Part shown: in pieces, positions 24,720 to 29,100 of the stretch
How positions within the stretch are numbered: position 1 is the first letter of the stretch
How the letters are laid out: the number at the start of each line of letters is the position of its first letter
Source of the DNA: Candidatus Saccharimonadota bacterium
GTDB lineage: Bacteria > Patescibacteriota > Gracilibacteria > UBA4473
Direction: 5' to 3'
DNA length: 32,000 nt
Assembly: GCA_963677105.1 (NCBI GenBank)
Contig: OY781871.1
Span: forward strand, 30,001 to 62,000
Made by a program: the position numbers and the translations under genes
Notes under the pieces: model-generated
The model's database searches: none
What the model saw: the letters and a program-made list of their open reading frames with translations, nothing else
What the model was told of the DNA's origin: nothing

Positions 24720-25118
24720 ATGACAGACAAAAAGTTGGCATGGCTTCCTGAGCTCATTCGATTCGGTGGAGCAATAACAGGAATTGTTTTAACTGCAATT
24801 GGAGGTGTTATGCTTATTAACGCAACATTAAAATTATATGTATTTCAATTCCAAACAGAAGCATACCAAATAGTAACAGATGAAGAGTGTCGATACGATC
24901 ACAACCGATATGCTGATAAAGTGGAAGATGTAGAATTTACAAAACCATACAAAAGAACTGCTGAAGAAATAGAATTATGTAAAAAAGAACGATTAGAAGA
25001 AAACAAAATCCGATTTGAACGAAGAAAAAAAGAAAACATGGTAGACGGACTTGCTATGCTTCTTGTAGGAATTCCTTTCTGGATCATTTTCTGGAGAAGA
25101 AAAAAGTCGAAGAAATAA
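24720..25118 (+). CDS. Small two-TM membrane protein of unknown function
   Basis: TM1 is FGGAITGIVLTAIGGVMLI. The charged loop of about 70 aa contains two Cys. TM2 is LAMLLVGIPFWIIFW, followed by the tail RRKKSKK. The start is either the ATG at 24720 or the ATG at 24681. Confidence 0.5.
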   Translation: MTDKKLAWLPELIRFGGAITGIVLTAIGGVMLINATLKLYVFQFQTEAYQIVTDEECRYDHNRYADKVEDVEFTKPYKRTAEEIELCKKERLEENKIRFERRKKENMVDGLAMLLVGIPFWIIFWRRKKSKK

Positions 25119-25141
25119 ATCATTTCCATTGATATAAAAAA

Positions 25142-25167
25142 AGCGAGAATAATCTTCTCGCTTTTTT
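25142..25167. terminator. Bidirectional rho-independent terminator between convergent genes
   Basis: AGCGAGAA, loop TAATC, TTCTCGCT. It is flanked by an A run on the 5' side and a T run on the 3' side, so it reads as stem plus U-tract on both strands. It closes the minus-strand giant-TPR-trx unit. Confidence 0.8.
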
Positions 25168-25185
25168 ATTTACTGTATTTTATTC

Positions 25186-25494
25186 CTACGCTAACAATGA
25201 CAACAATTGTTCTTCTGTTTGCATTCCTACTGCTTCATTTGCAACTTCTCCATTTTTAAAAACTTTAAATGCTGGAATAGACATAACTCCATATTCTGAA
25301 GAAACTTCTGGAGCTTGATCGACATCTATTTTTACTACTTTCGCTCCATCTGGAAGCTTTTTTTCTAAGTTTTCAAGCACTGGCATCATTCCCTGACATG
25401 GTCCACACCAAGTAGCAAAAAAATCAACAAGAACTGGACCTGAAGCTTTTAAAACTTCTGTTTCGAAATCGGTTGCGGTAATTTGATGTACCAT
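25186..25494 (-). CDS. trxA: Thioredoxin
   Basis: 102 aa with the canonical active site WCGPC and cis-Pro context MSIPAF. Confidence 0.93.
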   Translation of the reverse strand: MVHQITATDFETEVLKASGPVLVDFFATWCGPCQGMMPVLENLEKKLPDGAKVVKIDVDQAPEVSSEYGVMSIPAFKVFKNGEVANEAVGMQTEEQLLSLLA

Positions 25495-25563
25495 TTGTAA
25501 ATTAATTGAAAAATAAGTAGATAGATTCTAAATACTCTTTTTTCTTTTGGCAAAACAATTTCC

Positions 25564-26160
25564 CTACGCTTCGGAATTATTACTTAAAATTTTCAAAAAA
25601 TTACGACATTCTCGTGCTTGATCTGAATTGGGCGCGAGTTCAATAACACGACGAAATGATTTTTGCGCTCGCTCATGTTGCTCTGAATTCATATAACAAA
25701 CTCCCAAGTCACATAAAATGTTTGGATCATTTGGAGAAAGGTTTTTTGATCGTTCCAATAAAGCTAATCCCTGAACAGATTTTCTATTTTGATTGTGATA
25801 TCCCCATCCTAAACAACGTAAAATCTCAGGATGATTTGGCGATTGATTATCCGCTACTTGCAGTTCTTTCACACTGGCTGTCCATTTTTGTTGCTGAGAA
25901 AAAAGAAATCCCAATAAGTAATGTGCATTCGCAGATTTTGGAGAAAGACGAATCGCTTCACGAAGCGCTTTTTCAGCCTTTTCAAAAGATTTCATAGAAA
26001 GAAAATTATCTCCCAATTCCTCATATGCTTCAAAACATTGCGGATAACTTAAAATTATCTTCTCAAGTAATTTAATCGCTGTATCAAAATCTCCCGCAAG
26101 TTTTGCGTCCTCTGATTGTGCAAGCATATCGATAACAAATTGATCATATTCCATCAACAC
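25564..26160 (-). CDS. Tetratricopeptide-repeat (TPR) protein, no signal peptide
   Basis: Repeated 34-aa A/Y/L patterns (e.g. AYEELGDNFLSMKSFEKAEKALREAIRLSPKSANAHYLLGFLF..., LRCLGWGYHNQNR..., LCDLGVCYMNSEQHERAQKSFRRVIELAPNS). GTG at 26160 or ATG at 26154. The start lies 9-15 nt downstream of the giant ORF stop. Confidence 0.8.
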   Translation of the reverse strand: MLMEYDQFVIDMLAQSEDAKLAGDFDTAIKLLEKIILSYPQCFEAYEELGDNFLSMKSFEKAEKALREAIRLSPKSANAHYLLGFLFSQQQKWTASVKELQVADNQSPNHPEILRCLGWGYHNQNRKSVQGLALLERSKNLSPNDPNILCDLGVCYMNSEQHERAQKSFRRVIELAPNSDQARECRNFLKILSNNSEA

Positions 26161-26169
26161 ATTATATCG

Positions 26170-29100
26170 TTAAAACGCTTTTTTTTCAAGCTTTGTATCG
26201 GGATTTTGCAAAACCTCTTTTGTTTCGTCAACTCTTTCTGTGATTTTAATCTTTCGTGGAACAGGATGTGAAAATTGTGCCAATAATATCTTATTTCGCC
26301 ATATTTCAAATACGACTGGAGCCGTGTCGTCCACTGACACTTGTGTCTGTAAATAAATGTCTGGAACGAGAGACTTAAATTGTCCCCAAGAATCTATTGT
26401 TCCTAAAACTTGTTGTTTCTCTTCGTCCCAAAGTTCTGATATTCCATCCACTCCTTTCCTCCATAAAATTGAATCTTTTTTAGCATCTGCAAGTTGAACT
26501 TCTGTTTTAGAAACTTTTGTGTCCAATAACTTTTCTTGTTTTGGTAAAACAAATGTTGATTGTTCCGGTGCAACAAATATAAGTTTTGCTGCTTCCTCCC
26601 CTGTATTTTCACGTAAGGAAATATTTAAACTTTTTTCATCAGTAGCAGTTTGTACTGTTTGTGTTAATTTTTCATCCAGTAAAACTGGCCTCCCTGTTTC
26701 TAACACTTCTGCACGAGATTTTTTTGTATATTTATCTCGTAACACAGCTCCACCTGTACGTGAAAGATTTTCTAAAACAAATGATCCATTCTCTTCAGAG
26801 GTAGCAGTTCTTGATAAAATTTCTTTCCGTCCGTCTCTCTCTCGAATAAACCAAACCTCTATTCCTTCTTCACCAGAAATAACATTTCCTGATACACGTA
26901 AATCACGGACACTCGCTTCACGAAGTTCTAACTCCGGCGCTTTTACGGTTATTGTAATTGATAAAACTGATTCATTTCCCGACACATCTGTCACATGTAA
27001 CACTACAGGAACAACTCCAACATGATGTTCCGCTGGAAGTAAAATCTTCAGTAATTCTTGTGGGGAATTTTCGTTCGATTGAGAATCAATCATTGTTTCT
27101 CCTCTTACTTCCCACCACACACGCTCAATTTCTTGATTATCTCGTGATCCTGATGCATCCAATTCTATTTTTTGTCCTAATAAAACAGATCGTTCTGTTC
27201 CTCGACGCAATTCTAAACGAGGCGCTTCTACATCATCTCCAGATTGTGGATCATGAAGAAGGTTTTTCGATCGAGTCCAACTTTTATTTTCTTTGTCAAA
27301 CGCTATTAATTGTCCGTAATAATTTCCACGAGAAAGTTGTTTAAACGATGAGATAAGATCTTTTCGAGAATTAAATTGGTGTAATTCATATTGTTCCCCT
27401 CCCCACAATGTGATATTTGTATCATCAAATAAATCTAATTCCACTTTATCATTTGTTCCTAATTCCAAACGCATGCCAGAAAAGAAATAATCTTTTTTCT
27501 TTGGAATAAGCCTCTTTTCGTTCGCAAATTCAAGGTATTGCACATCTCCACGAGACAAACAAACTTCTGCAAAATCAACAACTGTTTCTTCTCCTTTTCG
27601 GAGTTCAATTTCTCGCTCTTCCGCAACCTGCCCCTTTCTCGCCAATGTTTTTACTAATAAACGAGATTTTTCTGCTTTCCCAACAAAAATTGTTTCTTCT
27701 GCAAAAAATGGCAGTTGTGTGTCGCCATCATCGCATTGTGCAGCACTAAATTTTTCTATTGTTTTTAATGGAGAACCATACATTACCGGTGATCCTGTTA
27801 CAGATTTTATTTGTGCCCCTGCTGAACGAATTTCATATTTTGTCATAGGGGGACGAACTAAAAATCCGATTCGACGCCATATTTTTGATTTTCGTTTTGA
27901 AGCAGGTACTGCTGATTCAAAAATACGATCTGGACGTTCGGAAAGAATCCATTCAAAATATGCCGTATCATTTGTATCTGCTGGTAAAAAACGAAGCATT
28001 GAACCATCTGCAGAAACTGATGAAGTTACTGTTTCACTTGGAGTAAATCCATTGGCAAATCTTGAAAGATCCCATTCTAAAAGTTTTTGGGGAACTTCAA
28101 AATCATCATCTTCTTCCTCTGGTAGAACACGACGTTTTATAAATAATTGTGTATCAATCGCATACAACATTTCGTCGACTCCATCACTATCCAAATCTAC
28201 TCGAGATGAAGTAAAACGACGTCCTTGCAACGGGAAGTTCGTAACTGTATTTGTCTTATTTTCTGCTGAATCAAACCATAATATTCTCGGTTCAACTTGC
28301 ATTTCACCCTGTGGATCAGGCACGGAATCCATATTGTAATTCATTGGCACACTCTGTGGATAATCTTCAATTGAAAGTATTTTTGGCTCTGTGGAAACTT
28401 GCCAAGACCGCATATGTGCAGGAACTATTCCGCTTTCTAATGCAAATGTTTTAATCGGTTCCATATCAATTTCTAATTCTTCTTCAGAAAAAACATTTCC
28501 TTCTGGCAGTAATGCTATTGTTTTTGTTGCACTTGAATTTTGTGCTAACGACATTGGTTCCATTGGTAATGGAAAACACGCTGAATCTGTTATTATTCCT
28601 TTCGAAAGATTACTTAATTGTGTCGTAATACAATTAAACATTGCGGCAGAAGCTTCTAATAGTGCTACTAATGATGGTAATCCTTGTGCAAATTCCCATT
28701 GCAACTTAAATGATAACGGAGGTAATATTAATTTCGGTATTGGTGGTAATTTTGCTAAAAAATCTAATGGCAATAATAATGTTCTATTTGTTGCATTTAC
28801 AACAGACATTGCAACCATCCACTCTGGAACTGGAACAAGCCCCTGACAAATAAGCGACAATAATCCCAAAATGTATTTTGGTACTATCATGATAAGATTT
28901 GGAACTTTTAGAAAATCTGGAAAAACCGGAGGTTCAATAAGTGATGGTAATTGAGGTAAAACCATTGGAGGCATCACAAGCGCAACGTCTGGTAATATTG
29001 GTGCTTTGGGCAATACTGGCAAAACAGGAATCAATGCAATTATCGTTTCCAATAAATTTGTTAACGTATCTAAAGATGCTAGCACATCTGGGATTTCTGG

